From assembly GCA_000182565.2 (NCBI GenBank), contig KQ257458.1: a stretch of DNA of 64,000 bases; one strand, given 5' to 3'. Below, one piece after another: positions 1 to 10,671 of the stretch. The notes beneath the pieces are model-generated. The model was not told the DNA's origin. It did not search any database and saw only the letters and a list, made by a program, of their open reading frames with translations. The stretch comes from Spizellomyces punctatus DAOM BR117. Taxonomy: Eukaryota. Position 1 is the first letter of the stretch. The number at the start of each line of letters is the position of its first letter. A program made the position numbers and the translations under genes.

Positions 1-1098
1 GCGACAGGCCGTAAGATTATTCTCAATATATTGACTTTTGATATCTGCTTCAATCGCCTGTTCTGAGTTGCGATGCTTGTGTCTGCCATATTTTGCCGCA
101 TCTGGATGCTTCAGGCAAACTGACATGGAGGTCCCATCCGTCGTTATTGATCCGTCAAATGCCATTCCACTACGCGTCGTGAACGCCTTACTGCCAAGAT
201 TGCAAACACGCAACCACAAGTCCATTTTGTCAACAGAGTCGTATTCTCGCCATGAGACTTTTAGCACATGTTGATACAGAATCATAGTATCAATGCGAAC
301 ATGGGATTGGATAAACGATCTTCGCAATGGGATGGCATTAAACAAGGGCAGGCCACATCGTTCGAATAAACGGGATAATGCACAGTGAGACGGAAAAAAT
401 GACAGCGGATCGCATGCTACAAGATATGCGAGTTTCCCTTCTTTTCCTATGACTCGATCAAGCAAAATATTCCAAATGTCTTCTAATAATGCACTTTCCA
501 AATTGCTCAGGTCTAGATCATCGGTTTGTGGAATGTCGTCTAATAAGAACAATTGTTTCAGATATCGCAATCTGGCGAAAAATGACATTCTCTCCGCTCC
601 CAATAGTCTTTTCTGCTGGTTCTTGACGTCTAATCGATAATTGATGAATCTAACTAGCATTTTGACAAAATGCTCTTGGACATTGACTTTAATGTTTGTT
701 ATGACACTGGTGGTGAGGTAGTTGATGGACTGTTGATCATATTTCAGGTTGGGCCGAGTAAAACCCACAACATTGCAGTACCGATCAATATGGGGCACGA
801 GGATATCACGGCAATCTTTTTTCGCCATGTTGCCTGGCTGCCAAGCTGCACCTTTATTCAGCAGGTAAAGCGTCGCCTCCATGACAGTTTCATTGATAAT
901 CGGAAAGTGTGGGCTGGATAGGATGTAGAACTTGAGTGCATGAGTAGCGTGGGCTGCTAGTTCATGGACGATTTGGATATAATTTTGAATGCGATCTCAG
1001 TAGGTATCATTTGCAGCAAAAGCCTTTTCAAAAGATGTCTTGTGACATGAATGGAGGATAGCAGGTTGGTCGACTTTCTGCTTCTTCTTCGGAGGCAT
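1..1098 (-). pseudogene. Fz1: Fanzor1 (eukaryotic TnpB-derived RNA-guided nuclease), copy A; N-terminal ~365 codons, runs off the window edge
   Basis: ATG at 1098 reads MPPKKKQKVDQPAILHSCHKTSFEKAF, then HALKFYILS, QQSINYLT, NIKVNVQEHF, AIPLRRSFIQSHVRIDT, GSITTDG, closely resembling SpuFz1 as recalled. One in-frame TGA at 997-999 (CGA in copy B); otherwise open to base 1. Aligns to copy B at offset 4960. Confidence 0.93.
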
Positions 1099-1483
1099 CG
1101 TTGAAGATGAAGACTGTGGGAAAATGGGCAACTCATCTTTTAAATACTGGATAGATCTATTATTCATTAGACTAGATATGGGTTTATAGATATTGGACAA
1201 CATTTCATTGGTCGCTTGGGATGAAAATTTTCGATAGTATGTCATGTGACCATGGGTTATTTATTGTGGATCACTGAAGGGGGTCAGGGGTATTCATTAG
1301 GTAGCTTTCAGTGGAGGCATTTACCAGTGTCTTTTGGGCAAGATTTGAGGATTTTGGATAGTCATTGTTTACATTCCATGCCTGTACCAGCGTCGATCCT
1401 GGCATCCCATGTCTGAATCTTCAGGCCCGACGCGTAGCTAAGCCACCCGCCTCACCCAAACCATCGAGCGCCGTCATCACATT
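1..1483. repeat. Direct repeat of 4961-6443 (Fanzor copy A vs copy B)
   Basis: Base-by-base alignment at offset 4960; 14 differences in the first 300 bp. Homology ends abruptly at 1483/6443. Confidence 0.98.
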
Positions 1484-1710
1484 AGAATTGAATGCGGTAG
1501 CTCGAAAGATGTGATTGACCAGTCTAATCACCTATATCATGATGTGCATGCGTTCTACTGCTGCCATAGAACATGTTTTATTTTTGGAATATTCTGTTTT
1601 CGAACATTCCGTTGAGCATGTTTTCCTTCTTCTCGTTCCCCATAGCGCGTGCTCTGCTAGCGTGACGTCACCAACAAGTTGCTGTTATTTAACAGACTTG
1701 AAGCTCTCTG
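1484..1710. repeat. Chimeric patch: inverted copy of the GAD 3' flank (13082-13143) joined to a direct copy of the GAD promoter (10441-10610)
   Basis: 1484-1545 equals the reverse complement of 13082-13143 (62/62). 1591-1710 equals 10491-10610 (120/120 by eye), with looser similarity from 1545. Confidence 0.95.
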
Positions 1711-1806
1711 GTACAAAATATTTGTATCCCAGCCGATTTCAACAGCTCCTAAAATTTGGTACTTTACTTTTATATTAGCTTGAACCTCTATGACTACTCA
1801 TGACCC

Positions 1807-3116
1807 TCAAATGATGTCTTCGTCAGAGTCTATTTCTACGCTGCTGAGATGTCCTCCTTGGTTACTGATAGGAGAGCCCACTGACTGCATCTGAGTTTGA
1901 GTCTGGCCTCCAGGAGCTGACGGCTGACCATCTTTGCTTTTTTTACTGCTACTATTTTGACCGTTGTTGTTACGACCGACACGTGCGAACAGCAGCGACA
2001 CTCCCCAGGCTACGGCATTGAACAGTCCTTGAGAGCCGAGGAAGAATGCCTGAACGTAAATGAGCCACAATGGTGGTGGGCTATCAGAATTGAATGCGGT
2101 AGCTCGAAAGATGATGGACCTTTGAGACCAGAATCGAAAGTTGTTAGAAAAAATTAAGGAATTCCCCGTTGGATAAAACGAATAACCATTTAAACTTTAC
2201 CAGCTCCACACTGTGATAAACACAATGGTGATAAAGTAGATCCTTATCAGTTGGTTGCGCTTTCTACCAGACTTGGCTGAACGAGCTGCTTTCAGTACTC
2301 GGGGGCTCCCACATGCGTTCAGCCGATAAGTCGCATAAGCGACTGATACTATGGACACTAGAAAACTAATGCAGAGAGGCAAGTAGAAGATGAGCCGGTA
2401 GGAGTTTCGTTTGCCCTCAATCCAGCAGGTCCCATCCTGGTTCACGATGCCGATGTTAACAAATCGATTTGCTCTGCCCGTAGAATGGAACAACGTACCT
2501 CAGTAAAACCGATCTGCTTTGCACCCCACAAGATCGCCGCAGACAGGGCACAAAAGCCCCAAACAAATATGTGATAGCGCTTAATCCAGATATCTGGCTT
2601 GTAGGCTCGTGGTTGGTACAGGAGGAAGAACAAGTTTACCGACAAGACACCGTTCCTAAATGTTCGATGATGAGTGAAGCTGCATTTGTTTAGACCATTC
2701 GTGTGTATCGTACCAAAGAACAGTTGATAGGGCAAAAAACTGTCCCGCATGCCCAGATAATTCACAGAGAGGAGTTCCGGTATATGAGGCAGCATCGTCT
2801 CCCTAAAAAAAAGCGTTTAAATTCCTTACTCTCGACGTGTATTTGGTCAAACCAGACCCACCTGCAAGGTACTTATTGCCGATGCAAAGAATTTTGTAGC
2901 AAACCCAATGTCACAAACTGACATTACAGCGACGAAATGCAGCGATGCGGTTTGAAGTTCACGCTTGCTGAAGTATGAATACACAACGGCAGCGGAGGAA
3001 ATGATAGAAAATACCGCTGTCGTGAGAAAGATCTTGGATACGACAATTGCAACATGATGCCCATCATCCGTCCCCGGATCCGCACTCAAAGTGCTGTTTG
3101 TCGTGTTAAATGACAT
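1807..3116 (-). CDS. 7-TM GPCR, cAMP-receptor-like/Git3-like (multi-exon)
   Basis: N-terminal sequons (NTT, NST); TM segments IFLTTAVFSIISSAAVVYSY, LHFVAVMSVCDIGFA, RYHIFVWG, GTCWI, LIFYLPL, SQGLFNAVAWG; short introns between ORF pieces. Confidence 0.8.
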
Positions 3117-4079
3117 GTCAATTGAATGTTAAAGGTTGATGCGCATGAGGTGAAACAGACAAGGTCAAATTATATCTATTCCATCCCTCCCAGCCAGCCA
3201 GCCAGAGTGGCATAAAAAAAAGACAATGGTAGTGAGCAGCCATTGCACCGGTCATTATTCCAAAAGGTGTTTTGATAAAACAAGCATCAAAGGTTGAAAA
3301 CATGTGCTGCGGAACAAACTGCGTACGTTAAACAATAGGGAATTGGTAACATGAAACCTTTGAGTAGAGCCCTCTTGGTAACTGGAATTCAACTGTGGTA
3401 AAAAAAGTGTTGCACAAGACCCAGGACTCCAGCGAACGAGACACAATGCTATCCACCCGCGGGCGACAATCGTGCCACGCAGCATGCGATCGGAACTGGG
3501 AACTGGGTCCAGTGGTTTAAGCACGCCACGATTATTCTAGCATGTCGATAAGGCTGTTAAGAGCTCTCGCACAGGTGCACGGCAACATTGTATTCAGAAC
3601 GCAATCAGATCGCTGTTTTGGATCCAAAATCTTCATTGTTGGGCTGCAAAAGCGAAGCACTATTGTGAAGGCATGTGGAGAGACAAATAGGGTGTAGGAG
3701 CTTCCACTGGAATCAGGGTGCAGATCATCGGCAAAATAGTTTTTTAGTGCCATGAATATAGCATATATTTACCATGAACTGAACTGTAGAGTGCAGCCAC
3801 GACGCCTGATTGGAACTGGAGGCGGATGCTCAATGCAAAGCAAAGTCGGGTACGATGCTAGATACCCGTGCTGAGCACGTAAAGCATTTCAACGTTGACC
3901 ATTGGAAACAGCCAAAACTTATCAATTTACAACAATCCACCCATTATTCACCAGATGAGCTTGACCGATAAGTGCCAAACCTGTCAAGCTGACTCACTCC
4001 CTGCATTTGTTCTGTTTTCATCGCTCGCATCCCCATAATTACACTCATTCGGTAAGAAGGGTCTCCGAGTTGATACGCG

Positions 4080-4145
4080 TCAAAGTTACCGAGCCAGCTT
4101 GCCTATACGACAGGGAATGAACCAGCGTAAACTGGTTCAGAAAAG
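4080..4145 (-). ncRNA. Putative omegaRNA scaffold downstream of Fanzor copy B (3' boundary uncertain)
   Basis: About 25 nt after the stop: CTTTTCTGAACCAG-TTTACG-CTGGTTCA-TTCCCTG-TCGTATAGGCAAGCTGGCTCGG, with a perfect 8-bp hairpin. 4111-4168 is conserved with 43043-43101 and resembles the 5' half of the SpuFz1 omegaRNA as recalled. Confidence 0.75.
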
Positions 4146-6672
4146 TTAACTAACTGCTACTAGACAATCTAAGCTACCAAAGGGACATGTCTACTGAAAA
4201 TGGCTGGTCTAACACCATGATCTAAATACGATTTCACGATTGTTACCATATTAGACGTCCTTTATTTGTCTCGATTCCAGTAACGGTAAGTGCATCCTTG
4301 CTCTATGCAGTTTGGGTTGGTACAACCTAGCAAGCCATGCACTTTTTCACTACATCCTTTCTGATGCTGCCAGGGTCTCGAGTGTGGTCGTATCTTGAAT
4401 CCCTTTTGCCAATGATCGCCTGATAAGCATCTTGGACATATTGATGAGGTTCGATATTCATCTAATAGGAAGCAATCGATGCGATTGCATTTGAAACAAT
4501 TCTGCCATCCAGTCGTTTTCGATGATATCTGGTATTTTTGGGTATGCCCACCATCGCTCCAATCACCCATTACTACAGCAAAACTACTACCAAAGCATTT
4601 CCTCATATTAGATATCAGCTTTGCTTCAGTTCTTTGGGTGTTCATGTAGGTATGCCATCTCCATCTAGTATGGGTGGGATGTGAATAAAAGTCCTTCAAG
4701 GGTGCATCATTGTCATGGCGCCATGACAGGTAATGAATGTAGCTATCGAGATTCATTGTTTTATGTGAAGGCACTGCAGACTCGATGACATCAATGCCAT
4801 TCTCATGCTTCATTGCTTCATGGGATTTGTTGAACCTCCTGCTTCCAATCTCTTTGGTTCTTTGCATGGAAGTATAGTGAAACATACACCCATTTTGAAG
4901 ATCCTGACAGTATAGCATATCATGCTTATTGGGATCAATGGTGACAACATTGGATGCACTGCGACAGGCCGTAAGATTATTCTCGATATATTGACTTTTG
5001 ATATCTGCTTCAATTGCCTGTTCTGAGTTGTGATGCTTGTGTCTGCCATATTTTGCTGCATCTGGATGCTTCAGGCAAACTGACATGGAGGTCCCATCCA
5101 TTGTTATTGATCCATCAAATGCCATTCCACTACGTGTCATGAACACCTTACTGCCAAGATTGCAAACACGCAACCACAAGTCCATTTTGTCAACAGCGTC
5201 ATATTCTCGCTGTGAGACTTTTAGCACATGTTGATACAGAATCATAGTATCAATGCGAACATGGGATTGGATAAACGATCTTTGCAATGGGATGGCATTA
5301 AACAAGGGCAGGCCGCATCATTCGAATAAACGGGATAATGCACAGTGAGACAGAAAAAATGACAGCGGATCACATGCTACAAGATATGTGAGTGTCCCTT
5401 CTTTTCCTATTACTCGATCGAGCAAAATATTCCAAATGTCTTCTAATAATGCACTTTCCAAATCACTCAGGTCTAGATCATCGGTTTGTGGAATGTCGTC
5501 TAATAAGAACAATTGTTTCAGATATCACAATCTGGCAAAAAATGATGTTCTCTCTGCTCCCAATAGTCTTTTCTGCTGGTTCTTGACATCTAATCAATAA
5601 TTGATGAATCTAACTAGCATTTTGACAAAATGCTCTTGGACATTGACTTTAATGTTTGTTATGACACTGGTGGTGAGGTAGTTGATGGACTGTTGATCGT
5701 ATTTCAGGTTGGGCCGAGTAAAACCCACAACATCACAGTACTGATCAATATGGGGCATGAGGATATCATGGCAATCTTTTTTTGCCATGTTGCCTGGCTG
5801 CCAAGCTGCACCTTTATTCAGCAGGTAAAGCATTGCCTCCACAACAGTTTCATTGATAATCAGAAAGTGTGGGCTGGATAGGATGTAGAACTTGAGTGCA
5901 TGAGTAGCATGGGCTGCTAGTTCATGGACGATTCAGATATAATTTTGAACGCGATCTCGGTAGGTATCATTTGCAGCAAAAGCCTTTTCAAAAGATGTCT
6001 TGTGACATGAATGGAGGATAGCAGGTTGGTTGACTTTCTGCTTCTTCTTTGGAGGCATCGTTGAAGATGAAGACTGTGGGAAAATGGGCAACTCATCTTT
6101 TAAATACTGGATAGATCTATTATTCATTAGACTAGATATGGGTTTATAGATATTGGACAACATTTCATTGGTCACTTGGGATGAAAATTTTTGATAGTAT
6201 GTCATGTGACCATGGGTTATTTATTGTGGTCACCGAAGGGGGTCAGGGGTATTCATTAGGTAGCTTTCAGTGGAGGCATTTACCAGTGTCTTTTGGGCGA
6301 GATTTGAGGATTTTGGATAGTCATTGTTTACATTCCATGCCTGTACCAGCGTCGAATCCTGGCATCCCATGTCTGAATCTTCAGGCCCGACGCGTAGCTA
6401 AGCCACCCGCCTCACCCAAACCATCGAGCGCCATCATCACATTCATAGCATTCTTCAGGCTTGAAGCGCTTCATCATATTGGCGCTTTTTCATATGTCGT
6501 TGATATGCAAAGAGGAGTTCATGTATACATTGCCATGCTGGGCATAGCGACGTACAGCTTTGCAAACTGGTAAACCCTGCTGAACTGGCATAGCTTACGC
6601 TCATATCCGATGGCAATCAAACCTTCCTCCGCGGCAACCCCAGTTCATTCCCTGTTGTATAGGCTTGCCTAT
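4097..6672 (-). mobile_element. Fanzor-carrying non-autonomous DNA element with ~22-bp terminal inverted repeats
   Basis: 4101-4122 (GCCTATACGACAGGGAATGAAC) is the reverse complement of 6643-6664 (GTTCATTCCCTGTTGTATAGGC) at 21/22. No transposase ORF inside. Exact ends and TSD unclear. Confidence 0.65.
4169..6058 (-). pseudogene. Fz1: Fanzor1 nuclease, copy B; full length (~629 codons), five premature stops, no frameshift
   Basis: ORF-track pieces 5933-6205, 5594-5842, 5318-5512 and 4262-5305 share one frame. N-terminal NLS-like PPKKKQK; RuvC-I TIDPN; VMGDWS; RuvC-II LLDEYRTSSICPRC; zinc finger CPRC...CTNPNC; RuvC-III YWNRD. The frame continues past the TAA at 4262 as RTSNMVTIVKSYLDHGVRPAIFSRHVPLVA to TAG at 4169. 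Stops at 5933, 5594, 5525 and 5318 are TGA; the one at 4262 is TAA. Confidence 0.95.
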
Positions 6673-6799
6673 ATCCACCAAGCGGATTCTGAAATAAAAC
6701 GGCGTATATTAGAGTAAAAAGATATTGGACGATTTTACACTTTCTTCCACTTGATGAAATTAACAATTAACAACAGCTCCACCATTGGCTCCACAGCTC

Positions 6800-6844
6800 C
6801 ACCATCCATCCCACAGATTGGCACATCATTGACCCTTACACGGC
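6800..6844 (+). repeat. 45-bp copy of the stomatin intron/exon junction (9307-9351)
   Basis: CACCATCCATCCCACAGATTGGCACATCATTGACCCTTACACGGC matches 9307-9351 at 44/45. Confidence 0.92.
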
Positions 6845-7498
6845 TTCCGAGACCAACAGCTATTTCTTCAAGATGAAAGTTGTCCAATACTGAAAAGCAG
6901 TCTTGCAATCATCTTACCAATTTTGCCTCTTCAGAGTGGGTGGTTATCAGTTTCAGGAGACAAGCGACGCTTTCGAAGAGCAAAGTGTGATAATCAAGCA
7001 AACTCTGCTGGAGAACTGAAGCGCATTCGCGGGAGAGGAAACCCTGAAGCTGGATGTATGTCCCTATATTGGAGCCATCATCGATGTTGGGACTGAGCCC
7101 CATCTTGGCACTACGCAAAAGGTAAGGTGCTCGTCGCCAGAGCAGCCGCAGCAGGCCGGGTGGTTGACGATGATTCTGAATGAATATCCGCATTATGGTA
7201 ATAGATATGGTAAAAAGGGCAAAATCCTTTTACAAAGAGAATGTTGCAAAGGTCTTTCCATGCAAAGACTAGTAGCCCCAGTTTGTAAACTATCGCTTGG
7301 GGTCGCCATCATCTCATACTTCCATGGTTGAAGTGTTCCAGAAGCACCTTAGGGTAATCTATGAGCCTCACCCTTGCATCCACGCTACAAGAGGCTTTTA
7401 ACTTCCTCATCCAATTTGTCCTTCTTAAGTTCTTAACGCATATGGGACCGAATCAACCTGTTCTATTCCTTTTCTTTTCGGTTCTTTTATTGTCTTTG

Positions 7499-7600
7499 CA
7501 ATAGGAAATTTTAAAAAGCAACCAAGAAGTGCAACCAGCTTCAAAGTGGTGACTGTGCCTCCGGAACGGCGGCGCAGCGAATGTAACTTTGGTGTCGGTT
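7499..7600. repeat. 102-bp inverted repeat of 14814-14915 (SDR upstream region)
   Basis: Reverse-complement match with 2 mismatches. Confidence 0.95.
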
Positions 7601-8652
7601 GGTGCATTATGGGCAGTCACCCTACCTCAACTCTCAACGGGAGCGTGCAGGTAGCTGTTCGCACTGTAATCTCATGGAATGTCCGCATCGCCCCTGTACG
7701 ACGTGCATTTCAGAATCCGGACCAGCTGCAAAAATGGACAGGTAAGTTTGGCCGCCAAGTCATAAAGCAAATCGGCAGCCGAATATGTGCCTGCGATGCT
7801 CCAGAACAGGAGGTTTTCCTTCTTAGCCGTGCTCTGCTGAATTAAATTCCAATACTCACTACTCGGCATATCTGTCAGGCCTCGCAGTTGGGTTCATACG
7901 GTTCAGTAGACGGAAAGTGCCTGTGCACAGGCTACAATTGTATATCAAAAGCAATGCGAACTACGTAATATCCTCAGAATAAGCAAGATTCTAAAATATG
8001 TGAATTACATTTTCCGGTAAAACTGAGGATCCCTAAAGACGCTATCTGAAACTCTGGGTCTTCTTCTGCGAATAGAGACAATCATGATCTAATTCTGCAG
8101 GGATCGCAGGGCTAATCCTCGTATTCATATAGTTTCAAGCACGGGTATTTACCAGCAATGTAAGCATGTGCGCATATATGGGTTTCCGATTGTCGCAACC
8201 TTTCTTTGGATTTCTCGTCAAACCTTCAACTACCATGTGTGTTAATGCCATTGACTTGCTCTGATGCCCAGTTTGCAACAATGCTTCTATGTTCAATGTC
8301 CTCTCAGTGGCAAAATCATCCCATGATCCTCTGCCTTGGCAGTACTTTTCCATTTGCATTCAGCGCAAAAGTTCCTCTTGCCTTGGCTAGAAACTAACCC
8401 CTTCCTTTTGACAAACCACATGAATTCAAAGTTTCGCCCAGCCCCTACCGCACAGGAAATAAACCGCAAACAGAAGCCTTCCTTCAAGTGCTCCGAACGC
8501 GTTCCTTTGCTGCCGTAAAAAGTTGCATAATCAGGGACAACTTGGCACACCATTTTCGTTCGTCTTTAAAAATAACAAGCATTGAACAGCGACCCTCTTC
8601 CTCCTCAAGAACCTCCTAAACACTTTATACGACCTCTCCCAGTAACTACACA

Positions 8653-9915
8653 ATGACAACGCCCGAACCTAAAGGCAAAGGTCGGGTTCACGACGAGCAA
8701 CCCGCAACTCCGCCTCCAATGTTCCCTCTTCAAGCTACGTACGCCAAGGAGATTCCCTTGCCTGCTGAAGCGTACGGATGGTGTAAGTAGCAGTGTAATC
8801 TCAATTTAATAAAGTTTTCTTCCAGTGGTTGATGGATCACATTTCAGATGAAAGCATGATGAGTTGCCTTGGCAGTGTCGCCGGGGTATTGGGCAGCATA
8901 CCATGTTGTTGCTGTTGTCCCAATCCCTACAAGTCGGTAGCGCAAGGAACTGTGGGCCTGGTCACTCGTTTCGGCCGATATTACAAAAGGTGAGGATGTG
9001 ACGTACATGTCGCTGCCAGAGTTTTTGTTCCTCATCACACTGTAAATTTTTGCAGCGTCGACCCTGGACTGCACGCTATCAATCCCGCCACTGAAAATCT
9101 GCAAACATTGGATATCAAGATTCAAGTCGAGGATATTCCGACTCAGGTAATTTCTCGATATACATTTCATTTCTTTAAAAGGAGTACAGGCTGATCCGCT
9201 ATATGTTCTCAAGTCTGTAATGTCCAAAGACAACGTTATGGTCATGATTGATTCAGTCCTCTGTATGTACCCCTGTTCTATTTGGGATGTCGGATTAATG
9301 AATTCTCACCATCCATCCCACAGATTGGCACATTATTGACCCTTACACGGCCGCCTTCCTCGTCAACAATGTCCGAAAAGCCCTCACTGAACGGACACAA
9401 ACTACTCTTCGTCAGATTATCGGCTCACGTACAATTCAAGACTGCGTTGAACAGCGAGAAAGCATTGCGCACGAGATTCAACTCATTGTCGAAGGCCCTG
9501 CTTCCACCTGGGGTGTTAAAATCGAGAGTATTTTGATCAAGGACATGCAATTCAGTACTGAGCTCCAGGAGACTTTGTCATCTGCTGCGAAACAGCAACG
9601 GTTGGGTGAGAGTAAAATTATCGCTGCCAAGGCTGAGGTCGAGAGTGCGAAGCTGATGAGGGAGGCGTCCGATATTCTTAATACGCCTGCGGTATGTTGT
9701 TGTATTACCCGAGTGGAAATCACCTTTCTGCTGCTAACAATCTTTCCTCGGCTTGGGCACAATTGTAGGCCATGCAAATCCGATATCTTGAAACGCTCAA
9801 CAGCATGGCCGCCAAGGCGGGCACCAAAGTCATCTTCATGCCTCCTAATTCTGATGATCTCGGAGTACAGAGAGTGACGCAAATGGAAGTCATGGGCCAA
9901 GGTGGTCATGCGTGA
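8653..9915 (+). CDS. Stomatin / SPFH (band 7) family protein, multi-exon
   Basis: Exons read CCCCPNPYK...GLVTRFGRYY, SVMSKDNV, WHIIDPY, WGVKIERVLIKDM, LSSAAKQQRLGESKIIAAKAEVESAKLMREASDILNTPA, AMQIRYLETL; TGA at 9913-9915. Confidence 0.9.
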
Positions 9916-9979
9916 GACGAAGCAGACTGTGGTTTATGAAAAGTTAGAAAATTAATGGATAGTTATGTGTTGGTGATTT

Positions 9980-10078
9980 ACTACATTCGATTGTTTTTGG
10001 ATAATGCTGTTTCGTACCCAATGTCAATAATGATGGCACCATCCAGTGGAATTAATGCCACCGATACTCGTTCTGCTG
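9980..10078 (+). repeat. ~99-bp direct repeat of 13171-13269, flanking the GAD gene
   Basis: ACTAC(A/G)TTCGATTGTTTTTGGATAATG...TACTCG.(T/A)CTGCTG; roughly 90% identity by eye. Confidence 0.9.
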
Positions 10079-10671
10079 GATAGTTTATGTATGCGTGTGA
10101 TTCCTCAAGTTTAAAGGAAATTTTCAAATATACTGGGGACTCACGTCTTCGTCAAAGAACAGCTTTCCAGCTCCAAGAGAACGAACCATATGACGACCAA
10201 CCTAAATCAAAAACTGTTCAATTCAATCCATATCTTCCAAGAAAACAAGAAGTAGACATCTCTGCTCAAAAAGGTCAGTGTCTATAGACCATGTCATCTC
10301 ATTCTGTCTGCTTGTTCGTATGCATCTTTTATTTTCAATTTGTAACATTTTTCGGTGTGTTACACCCTTAGTAATTTCAAGTTAACCTTAACCTTCCCAA
10401 GTTTTGGACTTTGTCTAAATCGAAAGGGCTGGTGGAATTTTGCATGCGTTCTACTGTTGCCATAGATCACTATACTTTAATTCTTGGAAAATTCTGTTTT
10501 CGAACATTCCGTTGAGCATGTTTTCCTTCTTCTCGTTCCCCATAGCGCGTGCTCTGCTAGCGTGACGTCACCAACAAGTTGCTGTTATTTAACAGACTTG
10601 AAGCTCTCTGCTCTCCCCAATCAGTCTTTTCCCAACTTTCTAGACGCAACCAACATTTATCAAATTCAAAA

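Noticed and set aside
38-921. Plus-strand ORFs 38-274, 449-640, 670-921 and their twins at 5037-5881
   Set aside because: Antisense shadows of the Fanzor reading frame.
4169-6058. Bacterial IS200/IS605 TnpB or Cas12 from contamination
   Set aside because: It is embedded among intron-containing fungal genes, has an NLS-like N-terminus and Fanzor1 size, and has no tnpA, cas genes or CRISPR array nearby.
1-6443. The duplicated Fanzor segment as an assembly artefact
   Set aside because: The copies differ by about 5% with a strongly CpG-biased pattern and have different flanks.
6230-6560. A second decayed ORF (possible transposase) upstream of Fanzor on the minus strand
   Set aside because: Several stops are shared by both copies where they overlap, and no recognisable motif is present.
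6850-8550. Short ORFs between Fanzor B and stomatin, including a Cys-rich stretch near 7620-7740
   Set aside because: No coherent gene model or recognisable domain; possibly gene debris.
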